Of a DNA stretch of 64,000 nt, positions 62,475 through 64,000 are shown in pieces. Positions within the stretch are counted from its first letter, which is position 1, and each line of letters opens with the position of its first letter. Both the position numbers and the translations under genes were made by a program. The notes beneath the pieces are model-generated. The model was not told the origin of the DNA. It was given only the letters and a program-made list of their open reading frames with translations, and did not search any database. Where the stretch lies: NCBI GenBank assembly GCA_000934665.2, contig KZ538003.1, forward strand, positions 62,001 to 126,000, written 5' to 3'. The DNA is from Catajapyx aquilonaris (Eukaryota).

Positions 62475-64000
62475 TCCAGGTGCTAAGGGACAAAATTTGA
62501 CCCAAACTTTGCATTTTGTGACAAAAGTATGAAACTAGGTACACTTGTCCTTTGGACACTTCTGATCATATCTGGACGTGGAGCCACGATGACCCACCCC
62601 GGTGGTGGTCCATTTCGCAGGGTTTCCATAACTACCAGATGCAGCATCCTTTTAGGACCTTGTATTGGGTGACAAAAACATGAAACTCGCCACAATTGGT
62701 CTTTGGACACTTCTGAACATGTCTGGATGTGGGGCCATGATGACTGACCCCGCTGTGGGTCACTTGCAGGGTTGCCAGATCTAACGGACCAAACATACAT
62801 CTCTGCGAGGATCATGTGAATTGGGAGCTTGCATTCGGTGATAAAAACGTGAAACGCGGTACGGTAGTTCTTTGAACACATCTCAACATATCTGGACGTG
62901 GGGTCACGGTGGGTGACCCATGGTGCCCTCGCCAGGGGTCACTATCGCGGAGTTGCCAAATCGAACATGCGTTGCACACCTTTACATGAATAAGGGCCTT
63001 GCATTCGGTGATAAAACACTGCTAAAACATGAAACTCGCCCCAATTATTGATCTTTGGACACTACTGAACATGTCTGGAAGCGAGGCCACTATGGATGAC
63101 CCCGCTGGGGTCACTCGCAGGGTTGCCAGATCTAATGGGCTCTCTAAGTAAACTATGTGAATAGGTAGCTTGCATTCGGTGACGAAGACGTGAAACTCGG
63201 TACAATATAGTTCTTTGCACACTTCCGAACATATCTGGACCTGGGGACACGATGACCCACCCCGGTGGATGGCACTATCATGGTGTTGCCAAATCGAACA
63301 GACTGTGCAACATGCGTTTATATTTTGATAGGGAGCTTGCATTTGGTGACAAAGACGTGAAACTTGGTAGAATTGTTCTTTGGACACTTCCGAACATATC
63401 TGGGCGTGGAGCCACGATGACCCACCCCGAGGGAGGGCACTATCGCAGGGTTGCCATATCTAACAGAATGTGCAACATGTGTTTATATTTAAATAATGAG
63501 CGTGCATTCGGTGGGTCATCGTGGCCTCACGTCCAGATATGTTCGGAAGTGTGCAAAGAGCAAACGTACCAAGTTTTATGGCTTTGTCACCGAATGCAAG
63601 CTCATTATTCAAAAATAAACACGTGTTGCACATTTTGTTAGATATGGCAACGCCACGATAGTGCCCTCCCTCGGGGTGGGTCATCGTGGCTCCACGTCCA
63701 GATATGTTCGGAAGTGTCCAAAGAACAATTCTACCAAGTTTCACGTCTTTGTCACCAAATGCAAGCTCCCTATCAAAATATAAACGCATGTTGCACAGTC
63801 TGTTAGATTTGGCAACACCATGATAGTGCCATCCACCGGGGTGGGTCATCGTGTCCCCAGGTCCAGATATGTTCGGAAGTGTGCAAAAAACTGTATTGTA
63901 CCGAGTTTCACGTCTTTGTCACCGAATGCAAGCTCCCTATTCACATAGGTTACTTAGAGAGCCCATTAGATCTGGCAACCCTGCGAGTGACTCCCAGCGG
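62475..64000. mobile_element. Foldback-type element: long inverted arms made of ~150-170-bp tandem repeats (runs off window end)
   Basis: Units begin at ~62510, 62660, 62829, 62999, 63170, 63337, 63502; orientation flips at ~63513; 63588-64000 is a near-identical mirror of 63102-63513. Left boundary approximate. Confidence 0.85.

Noticed and set aside
62483..63849. Paired 129-aa ORFs on both strands; CRISPR-like periodicity
   Set aside because: The ORFs are by-products of the inverted tandem repeat; units lack unique spacers and the context is eukaryotic.

Overview
Eukaryotic (arthropod, probably hexapod; inferred from gene content and 60-100 nt introns) genomic DNA with two N-gaps. Bases 1-29,250 are a gene-poor non-coding tract rich in homeodomain-type TAAT(TA) sites and G/C runs. 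It lies upstream of, or inside a long first intron of, a LIM-only gene (Beadex/dLMO, LMO1/3 class). Four coding exons of that gene were found at 29253-33937, but its first coding exon was not located. From 36.7 to 62.1 kb is a head-to-tail tandem array of seven takeout/JHBP-superfamily secreted-protein genes on the + strand. Six are intact (6 exons, 255-257 aa, all with a GC-AG second intron) and one is a 5'-truncated pseudogene. A MATH-BTB (SPOP-like) ORF and an initiator tRNA-Met sit inside the array. The array carries many small non-autonomous mobile elements (hAT and Tc1/mariner MITEs, Helitrons, tRNA-SINEs, a piggyBac-like element, a long-TIR element, a foldback element made of ~170-bp repeats), and several can be delimited exactly because a paralogous flank preserves the empty site. 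I found no clearly new multi-gene system. The best leads are: a possibly splice-switchable SSGYGS degron in the LMO tail; constant/variable mosaicism in the takeout array; TA-centred transposon-like footprints altering coding sequence; a piggyBac-like insertion at GTAG; and an intron-like AGGT duplication.
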